A stretch of 64,000 bases of DNA, taken from assembly GCA_003427395.1 (NCBI GenBank), contig BFEA01000018.1:1183382-1247381 (forward strand), read 5' to 3'. A program made the translations under genes and the position numbers. The notes below the pieces were generated by a model. It saw only the letters and a program-made list of their open reading frames with translations, had not been told where the DNA came from and did no database searches. The stretch is from Chara braunii (lineage: Eukaryota > Plantae > Charophyceae). Of this stretch, positions 24,861-39,500 are shown one piece after another; position 1 is the first letter of the stretch, and every line of letters starts with the position of its first letter.

Positions 24861-27800
24861 GTACCATTTAGAGATAGGTTCAAAATTGACCTTGTGAGAA
24901 GTTACATAAGAAGTGATATAAGGTTTTGTTCTCCATACACTTAAATACAGCCTACATATTGGTTTGTCCTATATTACAGTTCCTCTTCGTTTTTTTTTAT
25001 TCAAGATTGGTTGATTTCAGTCTAATCCTCCAATGATAAACTTCTGTTATCATTTGATAACAGGTTGGTTGCCGATCGTCGGTTTCCGACCTTTCTCCAA
25101 CTTATTTTTCCAACAATGCAACTCAACCTAAAGGTCTTAGCCTTGATGGGTTGAAACGTTTTTTTGGGTTTTTACCCAGACTTTTATTAAATTATCATCT
25201 AAAAAGGACCGAGTGTTTTCTTTTGGAAGGTTTGACAAAGTTTGAGGCTTGTGTGAATTAGGCAAGGGGTGTAAGTGCAGAGAGTGGTTGAAGTTGACCT
25301 CGTATAGTGTTTCTTCTGTCAATGTGGAATCTTTGGTGTGATTGCAGTTATGTTTGTGTTTCGAACTCTGGATTTGACTTGCATGCGATCACTTATATAT
25401 TTGGAAGGAAGTCACACTGTGATTGTGAGAACGGTCGTCCCGCGCTTAATTTACCTTTATATTTATATGTTGTGTATTCCCACGGTCTACCTTGACTGTA
25501 TGCAAGGATTGGGTGAATTTGAAATGAGAAAAAGAAAAGATATTTTTTTATTCGTTTATAAAGTTTCTATAGTTAGACGTTGAGGTATGTGGCGGTTGTC
25601 AAAGTCAAACTCCTTTACTTGTTCCAAGCCTCCAAAGACGAAGCCCCGGTCCCAGAGTAAGAGGTGTTAAGCCGCCATAAAGGGTCGAGGCTTGCCTACC
25701 GCTCCTCTCAGCAGTGTGCAAAAGAGAGTAAGAATCGCAATCGTTTTCATTATTGTCTAGTATCATGAGATTAATTCCACAAGAGCGTGTCAACCGACAG
25801 TTGAGTGTCGAAAACGGGTCTCAACGCCATTAAGGACGACATGGTTATGGGTAGCACACAGTACGCCATCGTTGCGACCGCTTGCGTACTCATGCATGGT
25901 TGATCGATATAATAAAGCTTTCGTCATCGTGATACTTATTCAAAATCTCGTGCATGATACTTGTTCATTCTGTTGTTAAAGAATTATGGGTCGTAAGTGA
26001 ACAAGGGACTAGGCGCAATTACGAGTGAAGTTTGGTTTATTGTTTTGTAGAGCTTGATTTTATTTTGGAAGTGTATTACGTGGTTAGATTGGTCATCCTA
26101 GTCGACAGGCGCAGAGTTGCGCTTGGGAGATCAGCCCCCAGAGCGTCGGCTCGCGTTCGGGTCTGATTAGGGTATTCGACCACGCGTACCCCCTATGCTA
26201 CATCGAACTAGACACATTCTCGGTTGGGTTACCTTTGCGATTGTACTCGAGCGGCCTTCCCACATGGCTTGGTAGCTCGACGGGGATACGCCTACCTAAG
26301 GGTGGTAATAGCTCCTTGGGCATACGTAAGTTGTGCCTCGCGTGACTATCCTACTGTAGGGGTTCGCGAGAGGTACGACTAGCGCACTTGGCCGGAGCGG
26401 CAAAAAAGTCCTGTAAAATCCTGCGTGACGTGGTCGGGAGGGTCCCCCTGCGGGACCGATGTGCTCAACACCGCCTCCGTGCGCACGCACTTGCCATTGT
26501 CAAACATAATGACCAAAAAGAAAAGATCATTTAGTCCTAATTTTATCGAAAATAAAAATTTAACCCGCAATTGTGCCGACTTTGTCACATCAACTAGAAA
26601 AATCACGCACGCCTCAAATCCGTGCGGCCACGCACTCCCTAGTTTTCCTCTGAACACACAATCAGCCACAAAAAGGTCGCGGCTCGCACTGCGCACACAA
26701 TTTTCGAATCAAAATCCCGTTTCCGTCACTTGCGAAAACCAGGGTGGATACCCTTGTAAGGGTATTCGCACCAACACCGTACGACAAGGCTGGTTCGATT
26801 CCGCTTCCACCAGGGCTGGGTCATGGCTAGCCTTGGTGTCTATCACTGCTGTTCGGTCGAAGTTGCCCTCTATACTGGTGGGGTAATGGTCCTGAGTGCT
26901 GGTCACACTAAGGTAGGATAGTAGCGATAGGGGGTGTGCTAGGAGTATAGACGCGAGGATGGGATGGGAGGTGGCCTCGTCTTCTCAAGACAACCATGGC
27001 TGACTGCACCTGGTAATCACCGTGGGCCTAGTAACTGGCCTCTATAACACCCTGGACTTAAAAAATAAAAATAAAAATAAATCATAACTTCGCAATGCAT
27101 GACCATTCACAAACCAAAAGGGTAGTCATCTATGCTCCTGTGCCCTTCTTCATGCAGGACAAAGGAGGAATGCCAGTAGATGAGTAGGACCGAAAAGACA
27201 CAGAGGAGCGTGGGAATAAGCAAAAGGGGAGTAGAAGAGAGACACATACTGGCAAGAGCAGGAAGAGAGGTGGAGATGGGATACATCAAGGAGGAGAGTG
27301 AGGTAGCGGAGGCTGAGCAACGGGAGTGGAAAGAAGAGGTAGAGAAGGAGAATGACAAGGACAACAATGAGGAGGAGGAAGAGCGGGAGGAGAGAAGTTG
27401 CCGCACCAATTGCATGGGCAGGCAGAGAATATGTCTGGCCGGTAGAGCGCCAGATTGCAAAAGAAATGCTGTGAGCCCAGTCCTCGACGGCCAGGCCCAT
27501 GGTGCAAAGTTGGGCACCCACGAGACGGGCCGAGTCAAAAGAGAGGGGCATTACACAATGCCCCTCTCTTGTATGGGCATCCTATGAAATACTGCATCTT
27601 TCAGGGGCATCTGACAAGTTTTCCCAAACAGTAAAAAACATACCACCTACTGCATCTTTCAGGGGCATCTCACAAGTTCTCCCAAACAGAAGAAAAAATA
27701 CTACCTGTTTTTGTGCGTGGCCTGATGTAAACCAAGTAGTACCAGGCACAAAATTATCAGATATGTGTTTTCTTTCCCTTTCTCCGCTTTTTTGCAGAAT

Positions 27801-29229
27801 GAGGGGGCAGGTGTGGGGGAAAAGGAGTGCATCAAAGCATGCCCATGGCCATAGCTCCTTCCATTGTGTTTTTCTGAGCAGAGTCAGATCACAGTAAAAT
27901 CATGGGTGGAATGTGACATGATGCATCCGATACGGTCAATAATCCGCAATGTCAGAAGAATCCCCTCAGCTGCGCTTTTTTTCGTACCCCATAATACCCC
28001 ATAATGTTTGAAGTTATAGGGCCACAGAAACAGTTGAGAGGTCATGCACTAGATGCGTAGAAAAGGAAAACAAAAAAACAAGCGAAAAGTGAATAGTTTA
28101 GGGTTCTTGCACCGGAACTGCGTTGCCGTACAGAATGGGTCATTATAAGAGAGCAACTTGGGCTCAGGCCCTAACGCCCTGTGCTTATCGAGGCCTGAAC
28201 ATGGCCCTGTGCATGCTCACTGTCCTCAAATTACCAAGTTCAGGCGTCCTTTGGCAGAAGTGCTGCAACGGTGGGACCCAGACCTTCCCATTGGGAAACA
28301 TGAATCAAGGTGATTGACAGACACGGTGACTTGTGAACTCGTGAATTCTGAAAGACGGCAGTGAATCTAGAGGACATGGAAAAGGACAAAGTGCAGTGAT
28401 GAAGCCAGAAAAGAATTGAGGGATCAGACTGAAATGGCTTAGAGATGTACAGTGCCAGCGGAGATGGGTTGTATCCATGCCTCATGTATTGAAACCACTG
28501 CATTGCTTCTTATGTCTTGAAGACGAAAAAGGAAAAACGAAAGACATCATCATACAAACTTGCAATCCTGAGCGCCTTCGGGACCGAGGTGTTGTTGTAT
28601 GGATGACTCCATTGTATTAGTGGGGAGTTCCACCTGCTGGAAGAAGGGTCCAGCAGATGCAACAATGCAAGGAAGCAATGGAAATCATACTGGGACCTCA
28701 ACCGAGGTTCGGTTGAGGTGACAGAAGACTATTGAGGGGCCCTCTCAGCCCTAGGCTGTCAAAACAATTCATTACAGACCAACGCTCTTCAATAGGCACA
28801 TCCGAACCCCCCCCCCCCCCCCCCCCCCCCTCCCAGCCCCCAGTGCTAGCTTACTACTCATCTGAACTCAAAGTGTCGGCTTTGTATGGAACTTGCCTGT
28901 CAACGTCCCAGGAAGGGGGGTAAGCAGAAGGGAGGACAAGTGAAGTCTTTGAATGAGAAAAAGATCAGTGCTCACGGGGTCCCCAGCAGAATGACCAGCC
29001 CCCGACACCAATGGAAGCCACTGCGGTGTTGCTGGCACCGCAACCACAACACTGCGAGGCACACATACTGGCAGAGCAGGCACCAAACTCGGACCAGGCG
29101 GAAATGGTCATATGCGGGGCCAGAAAATACAGGGCCTCAAGCCCACAAACCCAGCAGCTATCCCCCAACTGTCACACCAGGAGTGGATGTGGCATCCATA
29201 ATAAGAGAGAGATGAGTTAGGCAGTTGAA

Positions 29230-29590
29230 CGTTGATGTGCAGAGGATTCAAAAATCAAGTTATTAAAAAATCTCAAGCACAGGCCAGCTAAATTTTCTTC
29301 CTTGCAGTGGCAAATAATTCACAGATGTCTACCCACTAACGACTGGCTTATAGACCACACATACTTAGACCAACAAGGGCTGGCAAATCCATGGTGCAAG
29401 TAATGCCTAACTGCTTTTCCTAGCAAGAAAATCAGAGAAACCATAGAGCACGTATTCATGCAATGCCCAGCTGTGGTACTACTATGGAGAAGATGGGACT
29501 GCATTTGGGATTGGAGAGCTATCCTGTTGGGGCACTGGGAACAGAATGACACACAACTTTTTGGGGTAACTAGGGCACAGTCACGAAAGC
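29230..29590 (+). mobile_element. L1-type LINE ORF2 C-terminal fragment (zf-RVT)
   Basis: LQWQIIHRCLPTNDWL...PWCK*C...ETIEHVFMQCP...LWRRW. Confidence 0.8.
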
Positions 29591-29784
29591 AGGTTTTTTT
29601 TTTTTTTTTTTGAAAACCAGCTTGCAAGGCCACTATCCCAGCGGTGGTAAGAGAACCGCCAGGATTGAGGCTTTGGGCGTTGGGTTGCTCCATCTATTGG
29701 TGGGGAGCAGCACCTGCTGGAAACTGGGTCCAGTGTCCCTTAGAAGAACAATTAGATACAATGACTGAGCTGTGGTAATTTACA

Positions 29785-30550
29785 ATCCTACAGTAGAGCA
29801 CCTCTATCCCGTGGAGCTGCCAATTAACCCTTCCTTTGTGGGTCCCCTAATCATCTGGCCCAGCCTGCACCTAGAAGATGTCTGCTGTTCTTTCCTGTTC
29901 CTAGGTTCCCCTGCAATCCAGAAGCCCCATTGATGTCAGCCTTCTTCCAGGTGTCCGCAGCCCCCCTGTGTCTTGTTGACTGTTTCTCTTAAACTCTTAC
30001 CTCAAATCACTACATTGCTCAGACCCTCTATCTTGGCGGTGGTGAGGGAGCCGCCAGGATTGAGGGTTTATCTGTTGGGCTGGTCCGTCTATTTTTATTG
30101 AAATCACTTTAAAACCCTAAACCCTCCCAGCATTATTCTTTGCAGAGTCTAAACTGGCTTTAGACCATGCTGCTGGGCTGTGGCCATTTACATTTGTACA
30201 GTAGAGCACACTCTTTCCCATGGAGGTGCTAATTAACCCTTCCTTTGTGGGTCTCCTAATCATCTGGCCCAGCCTGCACCCGGAAGATGTCTGCTGTTCT
30301 TTCCTGTTCCTAGGTTAATCCAGAAGCCCCATTGACGTCAGCCTTCTTCCAGGTGTCCGCAGCCCCCCTGTGTCTTGTTGCCTACAACATTGCTCAGACC
30401 CTCTATCTTGGCGGTGGTGAGAGAGCCGCCAGGATTGAGGTTTTATCTGTTGGGCTGCTCCATCTATTTTTATTGAACTCATTTTAAAACCCTAAACCCT
30501 CCCAGCATTATTCTTTGCAGAGTCTAAACTGGCTTTAGACCATGCTGCTG
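29785..30550. repeat. Local tandem duplication (~400-bp unit)
   Basis: AATTAACCCTTCCTTTGTGGGT...GCAGCCCCCCTGTGTCTTGTTG...CTCAGACCCTCTATCTTGGCGG...AAAACCCTAAACCCTCCCAGC occurs twice. Confidence 0.9.
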
Positions 30551-30899
30551 ATCCTGTGTATAGCCCAGGACTGTATTCCATCAATACTAAAATTGTTTCA
30601 TATCGGTGTCTAACCCCTACCACTGTCCTGTATAAAACCCTTGCCTAATCTCGAGATGAATCATTGTTAACAGATGTCGGCCGAACCATTCCACTCTCCC
30701 TTCTCCATTGGACACCAGTCTTGGCTTCTTCAATGTGATACATCCCTTCTGCTCCCCGTTCTCCTGGCTCAGGTGTCTGGTCCCGTCTGGGTAATGAAAA
30801 GGGGTGGTGGAGATAAGAAGAGAGGGGGGAGGGCGATGATGTCACTCTCACGTGCTCATCCCAAGACGAGGACAAAGGAGGGGGGATTTGCAGCGTAAG

Positions 30900-33800
30900 G
30901 GATCGAATAGTGGGAGTAGGGTTTGAGAGGCCATTTGTGCTCCTCCATCCTCCAGTTCTTCCATTGCAGCCGGGAATCTTGAAGATCCGCCATTGCCCTC
31001 TTTGGGCCCAACAATTCTTATGTGAAGCGGCTTGTCAGTTCGGTTTCTTTATTCTGTTTCTGTGTTGGTTTGAGGGACATATCTTCCTGCACCTTTTGGA
31101 TCTGTTGTTTGACCCTGTCCCACGTTGCTCTCACCCTCCCGACCAGATACTGTGACAGGTGTTCATTTGCCTGGGGGCCAGCAAAAGTGTGTTGATTTCT
31201 CTCAAACGAGCAATGGGCCCACCAGGCGAGCATCAGAAGTTCAATTCAAACTACGCGGAAAAAAATTCCTCGTAAGGAGACCAGTCCGGTCGAGGCTCAG
31301 TCAGGATCCCGAGGAGTAGCAATTTTGGAATCCACGGGAATCGGGAACCAGTAAGGATGGTCCAGGCGGCATCCCACCATCTCCAAATCTAGGTGATCAT
31401 GGGGCATCCTAGTAAGCAATGCTCCAGTGTGGCTCGACAAGGTTGGGAGAACCAATCACAGTATCTGCAGATAGGGGAGAGGAGGCCTCTTTGCTCTAGG
31501 TCAGTCCTGGAGAAGATCTAGTCTGGCGTAGGCAGGCAGTGGTGCAGAATCTGCCATTGAAGGACCCGGTGAGATATCGGCATGATGTGTGTGTAATGGG
31601 CCCAACTGAAGTCCACCAGATCAATCGGAGGTAATATGGAATCCTTTTCCTACCTGTTTTGCACCTTTGTTGTAGTGGACTGAGTTTTATGAATGATTCT
31701 GTATCCTTGTTTGACCGTGTATTCCCATGGGCTGAGAGGGGTGGTGGCACCATTTCGGGGCCACTGCCACTCTGCCGGGTCAAACGGGAGTGCCAAGATT
31801 GGGGAACAAGGCTGGAATACGAAGAGGGAGTGATCCTTTCCTTCTAACACCCGCACTCTGACCAAGCTCGCCCAGTTGTGAGCAGTGTCGCTTGCCTGGT
31901 CTCTTCTTATCTCAGAGCATATTGCTCCCGGGGAAGTAATTTCATATGCTTCTATTTGGGCGGTTTGATCAGTGAGTTTTGCCACGTTACCAACCGATAG
32001 CAGGGGTCTGGTCTGGGGCCAACGGACCACCTAATCCCCTTATTCAATCGAGGGTCCATTTTTTAACGGGCGAATCCATGCTAGAGGGATGGCTTCCTGT
32101 AGCTGTTCCACTTTTTTTCCCTTTCCCATGACATATTTTAGTTGGTTGTGCAGTTGGTCCGCTGTTTTCCATGCCCCCCTTTGGAAATCCCAGATATCTC
32201 CCACTATGAAAACCCCTTTGGCAACCCATTGTCTCCACTTTGATCGTCTTGATAGGTCACCGTGGAACGGCTTGCCTTGGACATCACTTATGAAGGGGTT
32301 ACCAAAGAGTGGTTGCCTTACAACCTCGTGCCACCGAAGAGGGGAGGGGTTATGCGCTGGGGTCCCATGTCTCTCCACAACTTCAGCACATACTGGATCG
32401 TTGGCTGTATCTTTTCTTGTTTGGGTGTGTTCCGGTAGGGGGGCAGTTGTTGTGGTCGGCCCTGGGATCGGCAATGCAGGGCTGGTCAACCATTGCAGCG
32501 GGTGGACCTCCCTCTCTGGCGGTGAGGTGGGGGCGAGATTGGCAATCTGAATGTGGGCGTAAGGAGCCTATAAGAGTTCATTCCCCATCAGTAGTCGAGT
32601 AATGATTTTGAAAGCAAGAGCTTTAAGCCGATCTTGAGGTTCTAAGATTGTCAGTCCCCCTTTCGACCAGGGCTGGGCAATACTGTCCCAGACCACTCTA
32701 GAGAGGAACTTGGGATCTTCATGATCATTTTTCCACACATATGCAGATGCCGCTGTATACCGCATCGCAGAAAAATTTGCAGTATTGAGTGCAAGTGCTC
32801 TACCTACTATCGAGGTGTACAGGCCTTTCCACCCGGCCATTCTTCTCAAGGCCTCATCGACCAGGGAGGCGTCATGGTCTGGGGTGGTTCCAAGTGCTGT
32901 TAACCGTACTCCCAGTACTCGTATAGCCGCGTCCCAAGATTTCCAAGCTATCGCGGGGTCGGGAGGAGCAGGGAGATCTTGGGGGTGGAGCCACCAACCT
33001 TCTGTCTTGGAACCCCAATTCACCGCCATATCAGATGCTATTGAGAATGTGTGTATGGTGGCGACCAACGCTTGTAGAGAAGAACGGTTGGCTTTGGTCA
33101 ACATTGTCAGATCATCCACAAAGAGTGATGTCACCAGGATGAAATAGTGCGGAATTTCGGGTACATCTATCTTCTCTATCTTTGGATTCGCTCTAATGGC
33201 CGTGGCAAGAGCCTCCGTTACTATCACGAACAACAACGGGGCGATGGAATCACCTTGCCTGACCAATCGTTGGAGTGGGAATGGGTTGGAGAGATGGTCG
33301 TTCACCATGACATTTGTCATTCAACTTGCTGTTCTATGGAGGGTGTTCACCCGTTTCCTAAAGGTAGGGCCAAATTTTATTTTTTGCATGCACAGGTCAA
33401 GGAAGATCCAATCCACATGGTCATAAGCCTTTTTAAAGTCAATGAAAAGGACCGCTGCTTCCTTCCCCCTTTGTCTTGCGTATTTGATAATCTCATCCAC
33501 CAAGAGGATATTATCTTGTATGTTCCTTTTTGGTATAAACCCAAACTGGTTAGGGTGAATGAGATGTGACATATGGGGTAGCATGCGGTTAGTGAGTGTC
33601 TTCGCCATGAGTTTATAAGGGACAGACAAGAGTGTTAAGGATCTGTAATTTATGACCTCCTTCTTCGAGCCCTTTTTGTAGAGGAGGGCGATTACACCTT
33701 GGTTGAGGAGGCCTCCAAACGTGCCATCGGTCGGGACTGCGCTTATGTAATCCATGATGTATGATCCCATCGTGTCCCAGAAGGCAAGCCAGAACTCTTT

Positions 33801-34585
33801 AGGGAACGAGTCTAAACCCGGTGTTTTTTCGTCATCCATTTGTTGAATGGCAGTGTAGATCTCGTCCCAGCTCAGCGGGCGTTTCAGCGCAAACCGGTGT
33901 TCGGGTGAGAGGACAGCCTCAAGATTCTATAACATGTTGCCTCGCTTTCGTGACACTGTCAGCAGGCCACTAGGATATCTTGGAGTGAAAAGTTATTGGT
34001 AATACTTCGCCGCGTAATCGATGACAGCGTACGGGTTAGTAGCTTCTGGTTGATCCGAGTTTAACGGGTGTTTAAGCGAGACTATAGTGGCCTGTTTCGC
34101 TCTCATCTTGACTTTTTTAAGAAAAAAAAATTGCCATAGTCCCGTCTGTGTGGATACGTTTGATTCTGTCATGAATTCTCCATGTCTATGGTTGGGCCTC
34201 TAGATATTTCTCGAGGCGGTCCCTTGCCTGTTGTAGGTTACTGTATCCGTCATTGTCCAAGGGGGTCGAGGATAGCCTGTCGTGCCAATTTTTCAAGGTA
34301 CTGAGCAGATCCTCGAGGGTCGCCTTTCATTCCCTCGCCCTTTTGATTGAGCATTTTTTCACTCTTTCCCTCAGTTGGGCTACCCCTTGATTGACCCATT
34401 CGACTACTGACTCTATATCCTGTTTTTTAGACTGCCAAAACTCTCAATATTCTCTGACACACTGTTGAAATGTTGTTTGTTTGATCAATGATGTGTTAAA
34501 TTTGAAGAAATTGGGTCCCCTTTCAAATGGAGGGCGCGAGATGAGGCCGATGGCGATCATCTTCTGATCAAAGGAGTGGGAGGGG
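30900..34585 (-). mobile_element. Degenerate L1/Tx1-type LINE ORF2 (endonuclease end, RT, zf-RVT)
   Basis: RGPNFFKFN, KTPGLDSFP, NYRSLTLLSVPYKLMAK, HPNQFGFIPKRNIQDN, IDFKKAYDHV, VRQGDSIAPLLF, SLFVDD, and WQILHHCLPT...CRYC...TLEHCLLGCP at about 31400-31560. Confidence 0.93.
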
Positions 34586-34900
34586 CTAAAGGGCGCGAAA
34601 GCAGTTTGTAAATGCATTTCAAACTGCCTTTTTGGAGTCCATTATGGTCCCAAGTTTCAAATGCAGTGGAAACTCTTGACATGCAGAAAAGTGGTAAGGT
34701 AGATTTTGCAATTGCAGTTCAGTTCGGCATGTGACCTTTTTTTTTTCTTCCGAACATGGCCTAGGAATCGTGGTTCTGGCCCAGCCACGCGACGAGATGC
34801 TCTTTTTTTTTTATATAATCTCACGCATGCCTAAGGCATCTCAGCCGTGGCCCAGCCACGCGACGGGGCCGAGATATTAAAAAAAAAAAAAAAAAACAGA

Positions 34901-35028
34901 GGGTCTTGCTCCACTACTCTCGACATGCACAAAAACAAAAATCATGACGTTGTATCTTTCCATATTTTAGCGGAAGATTCACATGATTTTTGTCTTTTGT
35001 GCATATCGAGAGTAGTGGAGCAAGGCCC
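34901..35028. mobile_element. Hairpin MITE (Tourist-like family)
   Basis: GGGTCTTGCTCCACTACTCTCGACATGCAC ... GTGCATATCGAGAGTAGTGGAGCAAGGCCC. Related to 49937-50058 and 57879-57991. No clear TSD. Confidence 0.7.
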
Positions 35029-35065
35029 CAAGGATGACACACATAAATAAGGAAATTTGAGAAGG

Positions 35066-35106
<41 letters not shown>

Positions 35107-35279
35107 GGTTGTTGTCAGCACGTCTATCCCCTAGGGCCTCTGTGTTGTTATCAGCCCCGTTGTGCCCATGTATCCCCATTGCACAAAAGACAAAAATCAT
35201 GGCGCTGTATCTTTCCATGTTCTAGCGAAAAATTCGCTCTCGTTTTACACATTTCGAGAGTAGTGGAGTGAAAAGAAGG

Positions 35280-36030
35280 AGGAACTACAAGAAGAAGGAG
35301 ATTTATGGCAATACACTACACCCCGCTTGAAACCTCACCAACGACAGGCGCTAGACAGATCATTGACTATTGAAGAACTCAAGGAGGCAGTTGCATGTAT
35401 GACTAGAGGGAAAGCATTGGGGGATGATGAGCTCTCAATGGAGTTCTATGAAGCTACTTGAGATCAAGTGGGGCCAATTTTGTTGAGGTTGTTCAACAGA
35501 ATTTTGGAGGGAAGCACATTAACTGAAGATATGTGTCGAGGGACAATTACTTTGTTGTACAAGAAGGGAGATAAGAAGAATGTACGGAACCGGAGACCCA
35601 TCTCCCTTTTGAATATCTCATATAAAATCCTTGCCAAAGTCATGGCAAGGAGACTGACGGTGGTTCTTTCGGAATTGGTGAAAGCAGATCAAGGGGCCTT
35701 CGTGAAAGGCAGATCCATTGTTGAAAACATTCTTGTCGCGGTAGGGGCATTGGAAGTCATTGGCAAGAAGAGTAGACAGGTGATGGTTGCCATGTTAGAC
35801 TTAGAAAAAACTTACAACTGTGTCAACCGGTCATTTCTGCTGGCTACACTAGAACATTTAAATTTTGGTAAGTCCTTCAGCACGTGGGTGTCAACCATGT
35901 AATGAAACTCCACTGCGACAGTTTTAGTAAATGGCAAGCGCTCACGAATTTTCGAGTTGTCTAGATTGTTAAGGCAAGGGTGCCCATTGACCCCTCTCTT
36001 ATTTGTTCTCCAAATTGAAGTCGTCCTGAG
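35280..36030 (+). mobile_element. L1-type LINE reverse transcriptase fragment
   Basis: ITLLYKKGD, RPISLLNISYKILAK, DQGAFVKGRSI, LDLEKTY, then LRQGCPLTPLLF after stops. Confidence 0.92.
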
Positions 36031-36579
36031 TGGTGGAACAAGGTCCTATCAATCGTGAAGGTCCCCTCCCTCACTACTCTTGAAATGTGCAAGCCGAGAG
36101 TGAATCTTTCGCTAGAACATGGAAAGATACAACGCCACGAGCTTCTTTTTTCTTCTTCTTGTTTTTTTTTTTTTCTTTTTTGGGGGAAAACAGTCTAGCC
36201 CTCCAACGTGGATGACTAGACTGCGGTTACAAATTCTGTCGTGCGACTTTTCGGCAAGGAGGGGTTTGACCTGCATTGTAAACTTCAGAGGGGACTGGAC
36301 TTCAAAACAACAGTTGGAAATGTATTTAAAAACTCAAACCATGACAGCACCCTAGTTTTCTCAAATCTTTTTTAAATCGCTCAAAAGGCTGTCTTATGGG
36401 CACCGTGGCATAAAAGATGTGCTCATGAGAGAGAGGATGTAAACTTAGAAGGAGAATAAATCGCATAATTAATTGTATATTTTTGTGCAGACGGAAGCTC
36501 GTGCACAATGGTCTTCCACCCGGGTCAAACTGTTAGGATTCCACCAGAAAAAGAAAAAAAAAAAAACATTGCAAACCAT

Positions 36580-39500
36580 TAAAAAATCCAAAGAGGACTG
36601 GCTAGGGGGCGTTGAAGGAAGAAGCTTGTGATGCGTAGGAAGTAATTGTCTTTTTGAATTAAGCCTATGCGTACATACTCTGCGGTGCTGGTCATGTCCA
36701 ACTTTCGTTTTTTGGTGGGAGTTTTCCCTTTGATGACTGCGAGCTTCGCGAGAGCGAAATATTTTTTGTTGGCCTTGCAATGCTGCATCATACGGTCATT
36801 GGTCAGTTCTGAAATTGACAAGAGATGTCCAATCGGGAGGGGGATACGATGATCCAATGCTCTAACTATATCGAGTACATCGATTTCTTCGGTGACAAAG
36901 GTCAGTCCACCTGATTCCATCTCGCTAGGCGAAGGCCTCCATTCTGAGACTTCCCGTTCTTTCACAGCTGGTTGGACGGCCCCTATCATCCTTAATCCCG
37001 GGTACCCCAACGTGATTTATTGATCGAGGGGAATGAGTTCAATAGCCTGATTCATGGTGGATTTCGTGGTCACTATCTCGTCCATTTCTTCCACTGTCGT
37101 TCCTACTCGTCCAGGTCCGTTCGCCACATACGTTGTCGCAATGGTAGTTGCTCCTATCCGAGCCCGAGAGGGTCGGTTGGGGCATTCTTGCGCTATATGT
37201 CCAGACTGATGACACATGTAGCAGTCGCTCGTTCTTGCGGCAGCTACTACGGCGACTCCTACAGTCGTCTGTGCCTGCAAGGTTCTTGCTGGGAACGTCG
37301 TGATTCTAACGGTAATAGGGTGCATTGAGCACATCAAAGCTTCAATGCAGGTGTTGTACTCCTGCTGGTCCCTCTTGTTTTTTTTTGCATAAGGTATACC
37401 GAGGTTTGCGTAAGATCTAGTATTGCATTCGATTCGTCCGTCTTTTTTTTTACGAGTGTTGGGGTGGTGGCTGGGGATGGTCCAACGTTCAAATCAGTGA
37501 TCGTTCTTTTGACTACCAATTGTTCTAGGTAGGTGACAGGTCCGGAGACAAAGCCAATGTTTTCAAATTTGTCCTGTAGTGCAACCAGTTCTGTTTTAGC
37601 CCAAGCTAATCCTGCAGTATCACCCTCCTTTGGCGTTATATTCGCTTTCCAAGAAGTCGGCGGCAAATTTCTTTTCCGTTTCCTCTGCGGTATTCATGAT
37701 TTGCTGCATATTGTGGGTGATGAGGGAAAACTGCTTCCAAAGCTTGACCCTCATCGCCTGACTCCTAAATCTGTCAATAAACAGATTTCATCCCACCTTC
37801 TCGTCTCTTTCAGACTTAATAAATAATCGTTAAAATCGATTGCGATACTCTGCGACGGACTCGAGAGTTTTTTGCACTCGATCCTTGATCATAGAGAACG
37901 TATGCTCTGGGCGAATCTAATCGAACCGATGCAACTTGAAGAAGTTTTTTTCGAAAGTCGGAAGATCCACCCAGTTGTGAGTGTTAAACCAGTGGTGTGC
38001 ATCTCCTAAACAGGTTGGAATGTTGATCCGGGCCTCATCGTTGTCGTATTGTTGCGCTCGGAGGGTAGTCATGCTCCGGCCAAATGATGTGCTGGATCAA
38101 ACAAGTACAAATCGGGGGGGGGAGGGCAACCAGTGCGCGAGCACGCATGGGTGCTGGTGACACTTGTCCAGTGGGATTTGGCACAACATGTTGATTAGCA
38201 TTTACTGTCGGGTTAGCATTCACGTTGGCCGCCTATCGCCATGCGGACCTACTGCGGCTGACCATGGGGTCCCGTGTCGGGTTGTTTTTATTTTTAGACC
38301 GTCCTCTACTGGGCTCGCCAGGTCGATCAGATATGGAGCCGAACTACTTGCTAGTCCTTATATTTGACGCGTGTTGGCTCCGATACCAACCTCACGCCTA
38401 GCGCGACTTCCTAATCGGAGTGGGAGCAGGCCCAGAAGTTGCGAGAAAAGAGGGTGCGCCAAGGATTTGCGAAAAGTGGGGTGGAGTCCCCGGTCAAAAT
38501 TGGGATGTCCGGTGTCAAGGTTCCAAGGTCGGAAGTGAAAGAGGTTAAGACGCAAAAGAGACTCAGTTTGTGGTTTTCATGGCTGGGTATTCAGGATGGT
38601 CGGTTTTGGCGCCTAAGACGGGTCCATGTGCGGTGTACGGGAGGAGTATAATGTATATCTCATTGTTCGATACACGTGGCCTATAAATCTCAGAGTATGA
38701 TTTGAATGGTCTCAGTCGAAGGCTGTGTTCTTGATACTTAGCCTCAATACAAGCTCGTCAGGTGAAGCCTGGCGTTTGGTAAGGGTAGTCGCGATCCGTT
38801 GATCGGAAAGGGACACTGAATTCCATGCTACGAGTTCACATTAATGTTGTTATTCCTATCCATGCAAACATATACCAACAGTACAGCCCGAACGGGGGCG
38901 ACTCATGCGAGAGTATGTATACATGACGGGCCATTTGACTGACCGATCGTCATGTATACATGTGGCATGAGATCCGTTCACAAAGCGACTCGAGGCAATG
39001 AACTTCGTTATTTCTCATCAATTCCTACGGTCGATGGTTATGCATACATCCACGTTCCTCAATCTTCCGACATAACCAGAAATTATGCATACCAAAGTAA
39101 GACAATCAGGCCGCAGTCATCACACACAACATCATTCATAGCAGAAAAGAGGTATGAGAGAAGCTTTGAAGAAAGACGAGGGATCCACACAATCCCACCG
39201 AAGTCCGCAATTACAAAGATACAAACGGTGAAAGCCGAAACCAAAAATTTTTAGAGGGTTAGGAGAGAAGTCCCCACACACAACCCAGCACCCCACGCGC
39301 TCTCACTGTTTCACCATCCTCCTCCGTACTTCGATGCAAGCAGTCCGATGCCTCGCACCTACCAACAACCCAGAGTTATCACCCCGCTTAGCCTGAGTAC
39401 TCACACCGGGTTCGCCTGTGCTCCACAGTTTATCGTGGCCACACGTCAACCCCGCACACTCGCCACCAGCTCATCGGATCACCCAACTCCGAACTTACCT

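Noticed and set aside
27180-27587. Glu-rich 135-aa ORF
   Set aside because: Purine-rich low-complexity sequence with no recognisable domain.
28240-28701. Weak resemblance to a hAT transposase C-terminus (HLLDP; LYISKP...DPSILFW)
   Set aside because: Only short motifs in different frames, too little to support without a profile search.
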